Assembly (NCBI GenBank): GCA_964016885.1
Contig: OZ024741.1
Coordinates: forward strand, 100,998,001-101,062,000
From: Eledone cirrhosa
Taxonomy: Eukaryota
Length of the DNA: 64,000 nucleotides
Direction: 5' to 3'
Part shown: positions 39,870-54,208 of the stretch, one piece after another
Layout: each line of letters begins with the position of its first letter
Numbering within the stretch: the first letter of the stretch is position 1
The notes under the pieces: model-generated
Database searches by the model: none
Told to the model about the DNA's origin: nothing
What the model saw: the letters and a program-made list of their open reading frames with translations, nothing else
Program-made: the position numbers and the translations under genes

Positions 39870-40212
39870 TAAAAAGATGTTCCATAAGAGAAATTGCCGG
39901 TTTAGTCATTGAGCATTTAAACCTGGTAAAGCCCATCCCGCCCCAGGTTGGAACAGCCTATTTCTTCTTCTTCTTCGAGAGAGAGAGGGGGGGGGGATAT
40001 AGTGGATATATACTTTATTTATCGACCTCGAAATGGTGAAAGGTAACGTTGCCCTCGACGAATTTGGACTCAGAGCACGATTCCGAGATATTTTAGACGT
40101 TCTAACGCACAACTACAACTAATGGAAATAATGGTTTCTACTTTTGGCACAAGGCCAGCAATTACCTCCGTGTATTACTGGTGCTTATTTTATCAACCCG
40201 GTAAGGATGAAA

Positions 40213-43200
40213 AGGTAAGGGTGCATAGGGTACTTGGGCAGGGGTAGTACACTTGATGGTTGACAGCTGCACCCTAACTGGTAGGGTGGTCAGTCATCAC
40301 CGGCCCCCACCCATCCCCTAAATCTCTCACGTGTGGCTCCAAGCGCCATGCCCCGGCACACCGCTTCAGCTGGTGGATTGAACCACGTGAGGGGGTGGTG
40401 TTGACACGGCACCACTAGGCGTATGAGCTTCAACAAGGAAGCCACTGGTTAAAGCAGAAGGAAATCCTCCCTCGGCACGGTCCAGGACTGAAGGCGACCC
40501 ACACCATATTTCGTGGCCATCGGTTTGCAGTTCTACCAGAGTCTACTCCACTTACTGTCTCTTTACCAAATGTCAGTGGTTGGGCTTCAGGTCAGCGACC
40601 TGTTCCCGGAAAAACTCTCCTGCTACGAAAACAATTCACAGTGCATCAGATTCAAATTCCAAGCAGTCAGGAGAACGGTTGTCTCTAACCGGAGATTGTG
40701 TGACGCTTGTCGGCGAAAGTCTCGATGAGGAAACCGATATCCTGAGGACCAGAATTATGTCTGCAAAACCAACCACACGTATTGGATATTGGAACATAAG
40801 AACTCTGTACCAACCATCCAAACTTGCGCAAGTTATCGGAGAAATGGAGGCCTACAAAATTAACATCCTGGGCCTCAGCGAGGTCCGCTGGACTGACTCT
40901 GGGAAGTTTGTCTATGAAAACAAGACCATCCTGTTCTCAGGCCGCCAGAACGGGACCCACCGAGATGGAGTTGCAGTCATCATGGACAGGGCTGCCAGTA
41001 GTACCCTTGAAGAGTGGACTCCTATCAACGAACGCCTAATGACAGCAAGATTCACCACATCACATGCAAAGGTCACCATAGCTCAGTGCTATGCTCCAAC
41101 CAACGAACATAACGACGATGACAAGGACGCTTTCTATCAGCAACTACAAGATGTTGTCAACAAAACCCCACGCCATGACATCCTGATCTTCATGGGAGAC
41201 ATGAACGCACAGATCGGGGGAAGCAGGGTTGGTTTTGAACATGTCCTTGGCCCCCATGCTTATAGAAACCGCACGGATAACGGGGACAGGTTTGTCCAGT
41301 TCTGTGCCATGAACAATATGAAAATCGGCTCGTAACTATTTGACCACAAGAACATCCACAAGGTCACATGGGCTTCGAACGACCACAGGACCAAGACGCA
41401 AATAGACCACATTGCAATTGGCCCAAGATGGAGAACTCCTTGCCTGCAGGACGTCCGAGTCTACCGAGGCGCAGATGTCTGCAGTGACCACTATCTGTCT
41501 GTTACCAAACTTAAAATCAGACTGAGGAAACAGAAGAAGAAAGCACCCACTACAAGGCGTTTTGACACTATCAAGCTGAAGAACGGTGACACAGAAGCAC
41601 AGTTCGAGGCTGCTTTGAGGAACATATTTGCTGTCCTTGAGGAGTCTGCACCAGGCTCGGTCAATTCGTGGAGGCTGCAGAAGAAGAAATCCTGGGCTAC
41701 AGGAAGTCCCTCAGAGAAGCTTGGGTCAGCGACAACACCTGGCAGCTGATTAATGAAAGGAAAGCCCTACACCAGCAGAGGCATGCCACTACTCCAGAGG
41801 CCATCAAAGTATATCAGCAGTATGTTGACAAGGACAAGGAGGTGAAATGCAGCGCCCAAAAGGACAAACGAATGTGGCTTGAGAGTAAGGCAGAGGAGGC
41901 AGAAGCAGCTGTGACACGCAATGATATGCGCTCTGTGTACCAAATTGCCAAGAAAATCACCGGCAGCTCTAGAGCTAACTCAGGCCCGGTGAAAGCGAAA
42001 GATGGTACGCTGCTTTCCAAGGGTGAAGAAAAGTTAGTCAGATGGGCTGAACATTTCAAGGAAGTCCTCAACCGACTGGATCCACGTATGCCAGCAGGCA
42101 CTAAGGAACCTACTAGTTTGTTACCTATCAATACTGATGACTTCACCGAGAAGGAAGTCCGCATGGCCATCAAAACCCTTAAGAATAACAAGTCACCAGG
42201 TATTGATGGCATTTCTGCTGAAATGCTGAAGTCAGGAGGCGAAAGCATGGTCATGTAGATGGGCCACTTATGTAATCTTGTGTGGAACACGGGTGAAGAC
42301 CCAGAAGACTGGAGAAACGGAGCGGTTGTCTGTATCCCCAAGAAGGGCAATCTTGCCGATTGCGACAACTGGAGGGGAGTGACACTTCTCTCCATACCAG
42401 GGAAGGTCTATTTTATAGTGATCCTGAACCGCATGCGTGGCATGGTAGACCGGGAACTGCGAGAACAACAGGCAGGGCTCCGACCAAAGCGTTCCTGTGC
42501 AGAGCAGATCTTTACGCTACGCCGCATCATTGAGAGGTACAACAAATTCCAGAGGCCCCTCGCAATCATCTTCATCGATTTCTCCAAAGCATTCGATAGC
42601 ATTCATCGGCCGTCGCCCTGGAGCATCATGCATGAGTATGGTCTGCCCCAGAAAGTCATTTCGGCAATCAAACAGATTTACGCAAACTCCAAGTGCTGCA
42701 TACGGACAGAGGATGGTTACAGTGACTGGTTTGAGGTGGTTATTGGCGTGCGTCAAGGTTGCTCGCTCTCTCCAATTCTCTTTGCCATAGCCATTGACTG
42801 AGTACTAAGAAGAGTGTCTAAAGACCAGGGTATATCTTGGGTGGGAGAGCAAAAGTTGTCTGACCTGGACTTTGCGGACGATATTGCTGCACTTGCAGAG
42901 AGCACAGCTGACCTGCAAATCATTGTGAACAATATCAATGTCGAAGCAGGAAGCTTAGGTCTCAATATCAGTGCCAAGAAGACCAAAAGCATGTTATCTG
43001 GGACACACTCACCACCAACCAGTGTCTTCATTGAACAGGGAGAGGTGGAGATAGTGGACAACTTCACCTACCTAGGAATCTCCATTAACAATGAGGGCAC
43101 CATGGACAGTGAACTGCAATGTAGAATGGGAAAGGCTTCGGCAGCATTTAACCAGCTTGACAAGATCTGGAAGAGCAGGAAGTTCACCCTCAAAACAAAG

Positions 43201-43657
43201 ATGAGATTCTAACAGCAACGTGCTGTCCACACTCTTGTACGGAAGTGACACATGGCACCTTAAGACCAGCCAAGAGAAGAAGTTGGACGCATTCGATTCC
43301 AGATGTCTGCGAAAGATCCTGGGGATTAAATGGAGTGACCATGTAACAAACCAGGAAGTCAGGAACCGCACCAACCAGCTGTTAGTCTCTTCTACCATCT
43401 GCAAGCGACGCCTGGGATGGTTTGGACACGCTTTGAGACTTCCCCCGGAGAGACTGACGAACCAAGTACTTAAATGGAGCCCGCATGGAAGCAGACGGAG
43501 AGGGCGACCCAAAATGAACTGGCGCCAGACAGTTGAGAGGGACCTGCGAGCGACAAACAGACAATGGCGGGACGCTGTGCAACTGGCTGCTGACCGAACG
43601 CGATGGAACACTATGATTGCCTCATGCGTCGCAAGACGCGGGAGCTTCTGAGTCTGA
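40213..43657 (+). mobile_element. Near full-length RTE-clade LINE (APE + RT), pseudogenised, inserted into a SINE
   Basis: IGYWNIRTL, LGLSEVRW, MGDMNAQ, NWRGVTLLS, GVRQGC, LDFADD (~42865-42882), GRPKMNW. Stops at 41335, 42258 and 42801; frameshifts near 41660 and 43210. (CTGAGT)2 tail; TSD gtaaggatgaaa at 40201-40212 and 43658-43669. Confidence 0.95.
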
Positions 43658-44360
43658 GTAAGGATGAAAGGCAAAGTTAACCTCGGCAGGATTTGAACTC
43701 AGAACATAAAAGGCTGTAACTCAATGCTGCGATGCAGTTTTTCCGATGCTCTACCGATACTGCCAATCCACCGCCCTGGAAATAATTGTTTCTACTTTTG
43801 GCACAAGGCCAGCAATTACCTAGTACATAACTGGTACTTTATTTTATCGACCCCGTAAGGATGAAAGGCAAAGTTAACCTCGGCGGGATTTGAACTGAGA
43901 ATGATAAGGGCCGTAACTCTATCCGTCAAAGCATGGCGTCCGACCCTCTACCGATACTGCCAATCCACCGCCCTGGAAATAATGGTTTCTGATTTAGACA
44001 CAAGGCCAGCAATTTTGGGGGACGGGAATGTCGATTAAATTGACTGGTGGGTGACTGGTACTTTATTTTATCGACCCCCTAAGGATGACAGGCAAAGCTA
44101 AGCTTGGCGAGATTTGAACTCAGAACGCAATGGAAATAATTGTTTCTACATTTGGCACAAGGCCAGCAATTATCCAGTACATTACTGGTACTTTATTTTA
44201 TCGACCCCGTAAGGATGAAAGGCAAAGTTAACCTCGGCGGGATTTGAACTCAGATCGTAAAGGGACGTAACTATGCTGGAAAGCATGGCGTCCGACTCTC
44301 TACCTATACTGCCAATCCACCGCCCTAGAACGCAATGGAAATAATGAACATTGTAAGTAG

Positions 44361-44400
<40 letters not shown>

Positions 44401-44902
44401 GTATGTGCGTGTGCGTGCGCGCGTGTGCGTGTGTGTGTGTGTGTGTGCGCGTGTGTATGTATGTATGGTCCTATAACTCCTGATGAAGTCATTGGGGCGC
44501 CGCATTGACATACGGCATTTCTAGGGTATTTTAAAACCCATCTCTCCAACTCTGAATACAGTAGATATATTCCAGAAAAGAATAGAGTGTGAGAGAAAGG
44601 AATTGAGAAAGAGATATAGAGAAAGAACCGACTCCAGTACTTGACTCGTACTTTTTTTATCGACCTCAAATTGAGGAAAGGCAAAGTTGACCTCGGCGAG
44701 ATTTGAACTCAGAGAGCAGAGAGCCGAAACGAATACCGCAAGGCATTCTATCCGACATTCTAACGAATCTGCCAATTCGCCGCATAATAGCCAACTAATG
44801 GGAAAATGCCCTCTCAACAATAACCACAACAAAAACAAATTTCTTTTTTGTTTTTGTTGTGGTTATTGCGAAATTCTCTAGGTCGTCTCCATTACAGAAT
44901 AA

Positions 44903-45035
44903 GCAGCAGCAGCACCACCACCACCACTACCACCACCACTACCACCACCACTACCACCATCACCACCATCACTATCACCACCACTACTACTGCTACCACT
45001 ACCACCACCTCAACCGCCATCACCATCACCACTAT

Positions 45036-45071
<36 letters not shown>

Positions 45072-45762
45072 CTCACCACTACTACAAACAATATAGCTAC
45101 TACAGTAGCACAAAACCAGGTGGAACCACACGCCCACCACTAAGACTATTGATACCATTACCTTTAAAACTACCACCACCGCAACTACTACCAGCTACAA
45201 TAAAAAATACACCCCCCACTACCACCACCACCACAACCACGCACACCACCAGCAGCCCCCCCCCCCTCATCAAACCCACCATCACAACGACCAGCAGCAC
45301 CACTTCCACCACCAATATCAGCACCACTTCCACTACCACTACGACCACCACTGCAAACTCCCCATCCCTACTTATACAACCCCCACTATAACAACCACCA
45401 CCGCCACCACCACCAACAACAACACCACCTCACCAACCACCACAAACATCACCACCATCACCACCACCACGACCACCACCACCCTCACTAGAACAAAGAC
45501 CACAACCATCACCCACCACCACCACCATCGCATTCACCACCACCACCACCACCATCACATTCACCACCACCATCAACGCCACCACCACCACCCCACCACC
45601 ACCACCACCACCCCACCACCACCACCACCACCACCTCACCACCACTACCACCACCACCACCACCACCACCACCACCATCAACACCACCACCACCACCACC
45701 ATCACATTCACCATCACCACCACCACCTCACCACCACTACACCACCACCACCACCACCACCC
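44903..45762. repeat. Degenerate (CAC/CTA)n trinucleotide low-complexity tract
   Basis: Long accacc/actact runs; the Thr/His/Val-rich ORFs are broken by stops. Confidence 0.85.
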
Positions 45763-45934
45763 CGCTATGACAGCCTACCAACGACGACTTTACACAACAC
45801 TGTGAGTTCTAAGTTGACCTTTTCCCCATTTCTCCAGCACCACTGGTGACATATTTCCAGGTAAGACTTAATGTCACCATTATATATATTAAGGATTTAT
45901 GTCGCTTTCCATTTGTATACACTCGCATATTCGC

Positions 45935-46056
<122 letters not shown>

Positions 46057-46313
46057 ACATATGTATGTATATATATGTATATATATATATATGTTCACAA
46101 ACATAAGCAACTAACTTTGTAACACCGATATATGAATTCCGATGTTAAAATCGTACTCATACCCATTCAGGGTTCCTAATTAAACCCTTTACTTTCCTTT
46201 GAGCCTCTGAGGAGTCTAACTTGGGCGTAACATGTGTAAGAGCTTCTTATAAATATATTTTAACGGTCTGCTTCTCTTTCTTCAATTTCTTCGATTATGT
46301 ATATATATATATG

Positions 46314-46358
<45 letters not shown>

Positions 46359-46366
46359 CTATTATG

Positions 46367-46401
<35 letters not shown>

Positions 46402-46426
46402 GTATATATATATGTATATGTATATG

Positions 46427-46584
<158 letters not shown>

Positions 46585-46768
46585 TATATTTAGAGTTATA
46601 AACTCAAGCAGTCCTTTACAATTAATTAGCTCAAAGAAAGAAGCATTTCTGAGCCATGAAATACAAATATATATATATAGTAAAACATTGAACGGGAACA
46701 AAACAGAGAGGCAGTACGAACAAAGGTTTATTAGTTTCACGCTCTTGAGAGTGGGGTGGTGGTGGGGA

Positions 46769-46800
46769 ACGACGTTTCGGGCATAAGCCCTTCTTCAGGT
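46769..46800 (-). ncRNA. Minimal hammerhead motif in a Penelope-like terminal repeat (46675-46860; second copy 30075-30222 with stem III lost)
   Basis: Minus strand: ac-CTGAAGA-a-GGGC ttat GCCC-GAAA-C-GTC-gt. Stem I is short. Confidence 0.65.
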
Positions 46801-47358
46801 GAAAAGTGTGTGGGAAGAGAGTTCCAAGGGTGTGTAGGGGAGTGGTGGAGAGACATATAGAAAAAAGGGGGTGAGAGGAAACAGTACAAATGAAATTAAA
46901 TATAAAGGCACGATAAAAATAAAAATAATAATAATACACAGGAAGTATATATATATCTATCTATCTATCTAAGGCGGGTAAAATTCAGCTCTCTCCAGCG
47001 GTCTCTGTCCCTCATTATCGCTGCCATATCCTGCATCTCCAACAGACCAGTGTCTGTCCTTAGGGCATCAACATATGTTAACCTTGGTCTTCCTCCCCCA
47101 GTGTGTCCATGCATGTATGTATATATATGTGTGTGTGTGTGTATTTATTTATTTAATTTAAGCAATTTAAACGTCCGTATAGAACTAGTAAGCCATGACA
47201 GACTAGGAGAGGTATCGAGTTCTCCTTACAGTTGGTAATCAAATAGAGCTAGTGGGACAAGTAATAAAAAAATTAAACAGAAAAACATATGTAGATACGT
47301 AGATATATGTATATATATGTATATATATATATGTGTGCGAGTGTATATGTGTGCGAGA

Positions 47359-47424
<66 letters not shown>

Positions 47425-47439
47425 ATATGTGTACGAGAG

Positions 47440-47490
<51 letters not shown>

Positions 47491-47499
47491 ATACACACG

Positions 47500-47592
<93 letters not shown>

Positions 47593-47732
47593 GTATACAC
47601 ACACACAAACGCTGGTATGTCTCAGGATGTTTCGATGATTTTTTGCATGAATTAAATCAACATCTCTGTCGATTTGTATGTATGTATGTATGTATGTATG
47701 TATGTATGTATGTATGTATGTATGTATGTATG

Positions 47733-47766
<34 letters not shown>

Positions 47767-47918
47767 TGTATGTATGTATGATCTATCTATCTATCTACGT
47801 ATGTATGCACATACATATGTGTGTATTTATATATAATTGGATGATGTATATATATATATATATAATTATGGGTGGATTCCCGATGTATATATGAGCAAGG
47901 TCAGAATGATTGCGATGG

Positions 47919-48041
<123 letters not shown>

Positions 48042-48074
48042 AAGAAATTAAAAGATGGTTAAAAAAGTTTCGTA

Positions 48075-48275
48075 TATTTTATTATGCGCATTTCGAAAAC
48101 AACATCATCCTGGGAAAAAATTGTGTTCTCATCAGATAAAATAAGGTAATATGATATGAGGCTTAAAAACACTTCCAACATATGTTGACTGGACTCTTCC
48201 TTGTTTATTTTATCTGATGACAACACAATTTTTGTCCCAGGATGATGTTGTTTTCGAAATGCGCATAATAAAATA
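48075..48275. ncRNA. Inverted pair of hammerhead motifs (48075-48143 on -, 48206-48275 on +) in a palindromic element (~48031-48318)
   Basis: Each arm reads tattttat-CTGATGA-stem II-GAA-ATGCGCAT-A-ataaaata. 8-bp stem I, palindromic stem III. Confidence 0.8.
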
Positions 48276-48675
48276 TACGGAACTTTTTTAACCATCTTTT
48301 AATTTCTTCTTTATATATACTCCAGTTCTACCAACTGTTGAGTGCTACTTATCTGATATGCATAGTTTTGTTGTTCTACAATATTACTCACCTCCTACAT
48401 ATATATGGGATATTCAATTTGTTGTTAATTCAACAAATATAAATGTTTATAACCGATTCAGAGCACTCGACAGTTTTCTGGAGTATAATATTCAATGATA
48501 TTAAATAAATGGAAACTATATTTATAAAACCATATTTATTCTATTATATATATTTCAAGGGTACCAAAACTTTGGTACGCTTTCTTTGTTTTATAAATTT
48601 TGACATAACCAAGAAAAGATACCTTAATGGTTCAAGTTTTTCTTGGTTATGTCAAAATTTATAAAACAAACTTTG

Positions 48676-48736
48676 TATTTTATCTGATGAAAGCGTACCA
48701 AAGTTTTGGTACCCTTGAAATATATATAATAGAATA
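48676..48736 (+). ncRNA. Type I hammerhead motif in a second palindromic element (48494-48779)
   Basis: tattttat-CTGATGA-aagcgtaccaaa/tttggtaccctt-GAA-ATATATAT-A-atagaata. Confidence 0.75.
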
Positions 48737-48776
48737 AATATGACTTTATAAATATAGTTTCCATTTATTTAATATC

Positions 48777-48853
<77 letters not shown>

Positions 48854-49033
48854 AAATGTGGTTGGTGTTAGGAAGAGCACCCAGCTGTAAAATCCCCGGC
48901 CAAATTTACAGTCCCGTCGGAGTAAGGTACGGCATGGCCAATCCTGGCCAGACTTGTCTCCCGACGTGGACGACCCATAGCCCATGCAAGTATGGAAAAA
49001 TGGACGCTAAGCGGTGATGATTATGATGCTGAT

Positions 49034-49064
<31 letters not shown>

Positions 49065-49253
49065 GTACGAAGAAAGTGTGGTAAGGAACCAGGTGGACCA
49101 TAACGCACCAGGGTACTCGATACTTAGGGTAGTAGAGTGGAAATAGGAAAAGTGTCAGGACCCCGACGGCTGAGCTCCGGCCGTTTCGACAGCTAGATCT
49201 GAGCCCTCTTTGGATTTTAGTCTCCAAATTTATTATTATTATTACTATATTAC

Positions 49254-49340
<87 letters not shown>

Positions 49341-49877
49341 ATGTACATATAGAGAGAGAGAGTGTGTGTGAAGGTGCGTGGCTGAGTGATTAGAGAATTT
49401 GATATGCAATCGTGAGGTTGTGAGTTCGATTCTCGGACCGAGTGATGCGTTATGTCCTTGAGCAAGACACTTTACTTCACGTTGCTCTTTCTACCACGAG
49501 TTGCGACCGGTAGATAGGATCACCCATGTAAAAAAACAAAACAATGAAAACTTTGTTTCTTTGGTATAATTGGACGAGTTCCATACAACACAGTAAGCAA
49601 GTGAGGTCTGGGATCTTGTCGTTAGGTAGATAGATAGATAGATAAATAGATAGATAGATAGATTCCACTCATAAACTAATGGTCAGGCCGAGTCTGTATA
49701 TAAGCTACTTGTTCAATGCGGTGAGCAGTGGGATCGAACTCCAGCACGATGTGCTTGCAAAACGATCTTCTTAGCCAGACGGCTATACCTACGCATATGT
49801 ATACTCATGCTTTGATTTTAGTTCTGCTGCCTACATTTCGAGTTTTTGTTTGTTTGTTTGTATGTATGTATGTATTC

Positions 49878-50717
49878 AGGAATTGCGAGCATGGTGTTTA
49901 TATCCAATATCGAACCTCAGGCAGCATATTTAACATCAGGCGCTTTGCTGCAAAAACAAAGTATTTACATCAATCATAAGAGACCTCTTGTATGCAGATG
50001 ATTGCGATCTTGTAGCGCACACAGAGAGTGATATGCAGCACATTTTGAATGCATTTTCTGATGCTTGCACTGCCCTAGGATTGACTGTCAGTCTCAAGAA
50101 AACCGTCGTCGTGTACCAACCTACCCCTGGTAGGCAGTACAGTGAGCCAAATATCTATGTGTATGGTAAACGACTTGGAGTGGTTGATCAGTTTGTCTAC
50201 CTGGGAAGCACTGTCAATCGATACACCAACCTTGATAATGAAATCCCACTCAGGATTAGGAAAACAAGTGATGCTTTCGGAAAGCTAGAAAGGCGACTCT
50301 GGGGTCGGCGAGACATATGCAAGAAGACAAAGGTAAAGGTGTACAAGGCATGTGTACTCTCTTCTCTTCTTTATGCTTGTGAGACCTGGGTCACATATCG
50401 ACACCACCTTAAAGAATTGGAGCGTTTCCATCAGATGTGTCTCAGACGGATCCATGGCGTTAACTGGAGGGATCATATCAGTGATGTCGAGATTTTGGAA
50501 AGCTCTATGTGTGACAGTATAGAAGCTCTTGTGCTTAAGCAAAGACTCAGTTGGAGTGGTCACCTTGCCAGGATGAAGGATTCTAGAATACCAAAACAAC
50601 TCTTTTATGGAGAGTTAGTTAAAGGAAAACGACCTCCACATAAACCAAAAAAGAGGTATAAGGATTCCTTGAAAGACGCTAACATCACTGCTGATACATG
50701 GGAAAATGTTGCTGCTG

Positions 50718-50718
<1 letters not shown>
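49878..50718 (+). mobile_element. RTE (BovB-like) LINE 3' RT fragment
   Basis: LLYADDC...GLTVSLKKT...FVYLGS...LLYACETW...WSGHLARMKDSRIPKQLFYGEL. Confidence 0.9.
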
Positions 50719-50748
<30 letters not shown>

Positions 50749-50964
50749 TGTATGTATGTATGTATGTATGTGTGTATGTGTGTATGTGTGTATGTAACCC
50801 AGTACTACCTGTCGCATGGTCGGGTCGTCGGCGACTAAACCGGTTACCCCACCAAGTTTACTTGGTGAGGAGGGTGATTTTGGACATCCTGCAGGACAAA
50901 AAGCAAAACCTGACAAAAGCCGGAAGAATTGATGAGTCAACGGCCATCCCAAAATGTGTAAATA

Positions 50965-51000
<36 letters not shown>

Positions 51001-51001
51001 C

Positions 51002-51136
<135 letters not shown>

Positions 51137-52420
51137 TGTATACATATGTGTATATATGCGCGGGGACATAGAAATAATCGGGCTGGATACCCGATCGCGC
51201 GGTTAAACCACTGGGAGTGAAGGGCCCTAGCCTTTGTCAGGGCATTCTGCTAGGAGAAGGCAACTCAGGAATTTGGGATAACTCCGATATAAAACCTGAG
51301 GCTCAGTAGTTACTGATGATGTTGATCTTTTCTTCTTTTCGGGTTACAGCTACTGTCGCTCAGAGAGTGGGATTGGCTCAGTGCAGTCTTTCCTCACTTT
51401 TAAAAAATTCTTCCCGCATAGGCATTGCACGATAGAATTAATTAATAATTATTAATAATGGTATATCGTGCAATGGCCATACTCGATAATGAGGGGGCAG
51501 CCATCATGTATGTATGTGCGTATACACACACACATTCACACACACGCATATATATATATGTGTGTGTGTGTGTGTATACATACATACAAAAGCTTCTAGT
51601 CAAAAACATATATATAGATAGAGAGAGAGAGAGAGGGAGAGAAAAGAGTGTGTGTGTGTGTGTGTGTATGGGTGTGTGTGTGTGACATTTACACCAACAT
51701 TTGTGAAGGAATGTATTTGTGTATATATGTAAGTGTGTCACCAAAGGAAATATATTTAGTTTCAGGTCAAAGCAACTTTATATGTGTGCGTGTGTGTGTG
51801 TGTATATGTATGTATAAATGCATGAGTATATAAGAGAAGCTACTTTGTATGAATGCAAAGAAATATGCGCGAGCATGTCTGTACGTGTGCAAACATATGT
51901 ATTTCTATTTCGATGTGTGTGCATATGTGTGCGTCCGTATCTAGTAGATATATTTCTAAACAAAAAAAAACGATGTACATACATACACACACACACACGA
52001 GCGCACGCATACACACACACGGGCGCACACCTACACATACACACCATACGTTTCATACATAATTATTTTATCGTAATAGTAAGTTTAGTAAAACACAATA
52101 AAGTACAAACTACTAACGGGGTCAAAGATCGTATACATTTATCGTTCGAGTTATGTCCTTGTAAGTGAAAAACTGGGCATGAAGGCTGAATCTCAGTATT
52201 GACCTCGCATCAAATCACTGTTTATATCTGTGGTAACTCATGAATGAATTTCCTATTACCAGCTCTGGCGTATTGTAATTTTGAGTGAGTAAAGTGAAAC
52301 AGCACAACTGAAGGATGTTCAAATGTGCATCTACTTCTGCTACTTTCCCCAGTGCTAAATAGGTATTTCTTTATGATTTCTATCAGTTATTTTCCTCTGT
52401 TTTATGTTTAGCTAGTAGAT

Positions 52421-52899
52421 CAGGGGGTCAGTAAACTACGGCCCATGGGCCAACCTCGACCGGCATTTTCAATTCATCCTTTCCACGAACTTCATTGTGT
52501 ATATAACGTTGTATATAGTAATTTTTTGTTTTCCTTATCAAGCTTTCATTAACACAGTGTTTGTGTTATTTTCATGGTTCTAATTCGTGTATATATATTC
52601 ATCTGTGTTGGATGTTCGTACCTGCCGTGGCTTAGTAAAGAAATGTAATTAAACAATATTGTGATATTAAGAAACACCTGCTCTTTTGGTTATTCATATG
52701 ATATCACAGGTGAAAATCATTTAATTTATTCTACGTTAAACACTTATAATGAAAAAAAAAAATTGAAGTAATTAAAAATCAAGTTGTTTCCATTGCTTTT
52801 TATATTCAAGGTTTCATTTTTTTTTAGTCGCTTTCGTTCACAAGATAAAAACATTTTCAATGAGTCTTGTCTACAAGAAAGTTAGTTTATCGACCTCTG
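52421..52899. mobile_element. hAT/Charlie-like non-autonomous element, degenerate
   Basis: cagggggtcagtaaactacggccc ... agtttatcgacctctg termini; no clear TSD. Confidence 0.5.
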
Positions 52900-53809
52900 A
52901 TGTAAAAGTTGCATCTTAATATCCTAAGATATTGTAAACTATTTATTAAGCACTTTGTTGTATTATGCATCAGATTAGATCGTTCGGAATGTGTTTCGTT
53001 CGGTTTACAGAAAAGGTTATTTTATAAAGCGTTTGTTTGTTGTGATTTTTCCTGCATTACTTTTTCTGAGCCATTCACACCTCGACGGATATCTGAAACA
53101 TTACTGGGTGATAACTCTCTCATATTCTTCTTTAAAGCCAAGAGGCTCATCAGCTCCGCCAACCTCTAAAAACCCAAACGGGGAGTACCATTTGCCGCAG
53201 AGGCGGTACCATAACCAATGAGGGTTATCTGAGGAGTGATTATTGCTAGTTGAAAACTAAACTATGAAAAAAAATGCCCCAAAACACAGAGAAATAAGGC
53301 AAAATGGGGAGATTTTACATATTGAAAGCTATACCCATTTTTACAAGAGAATGCATCTCTCACCGCAAAGTTGGTGGGAGATCTTCCTGTTGGACGGGGA
53401 GAGTTAACAGGTCTTTTGTCTTGGTTTCATCGGTGTTAAGTGACTGAAAGAACAAGACTGCTTTCTGAACATAATACTAGTACTGCTAGTACTTATTTTA
53501 AGCTGTACTGGAACGACGTGAAATTAAGTATTTTGCCCAAGAACACAACGCAACAACCCAGTCCAGGAGGGATCGAACCTACGATGTTATGATGGTTAGT
53601 TCAACACTCTAACAAAGTGAATTGGAATGACATTTTAGGCACACGGTGGTATTTTTGTGGGAGTTACTAACAATACGAAGAATAGAGTTTAAAGCTTTCT
53701 AATTCTGATAAAATGCTTTGCACAAAGAAATCCGATATATTTGTAAGATATTACATCTTATTGGACTCTTTTCTGTAAGTTGTTTTAAAATTTCTTTTAA
53801 TCTTTAAAC

Positions 53810-54130
53810 CAACGAAACATTTCCGGTGCTTCTTCTTCGCCAAGAGACCTGCGGCGTACTCGGACTCCGTACTGTCGAGCTCCTCCGCAAGATCGGAACA
53901 TCAGCAGCCCGTCTGAGGAAGGAACCCCGCGAGATGGGGTCGCTGTTGCAACGGGTATCTCTAGTCATTGTCCGTGGAAATGCTTTTGTGGACCTGTCCG
54001 CGAGGTGCAGCCCCAACACTGCCGCGCCCTAGGATCCGAGCCCCCCCCCCCTCCCATTTTCTGTGACTCTAGAGCCCTAGCTTTTCCCTTCCTTTTCCGT
54101 TTTTAAATATTTGTAGTGTTTTTATAATTA
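53810..54130 (+). mobile_element. CRE-like (RLE) non-LTR 3' fragment; related 3' UTR at ~56350-56425
   Basis: ETCGVLG...LLQRVSLVIVRGNA; 3' UTR ccccctccca...tgtgac.ctagagccct...cccttccttttccgt repeated. Confidence 0.6.
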
Positions 54131-54177
54131 TTTTATAGTCATTCATTCAGGTAGTTACTCATTTATTAAATTGTGTA

Positions 54178-54208
<31 letters not shown>

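Noticed and set aside
38587-39912. 441-aa and overlapping long ORFs
   Set aside because: Produced by a stop-free 22-bp minisatellite; all frames give the same repeat.
44848-45726. Mucin-like Thr/Pro/His-rich exon
   Set aside because: Low-complexity trinucleotide tract with stops and frame changes; no partner exons found.
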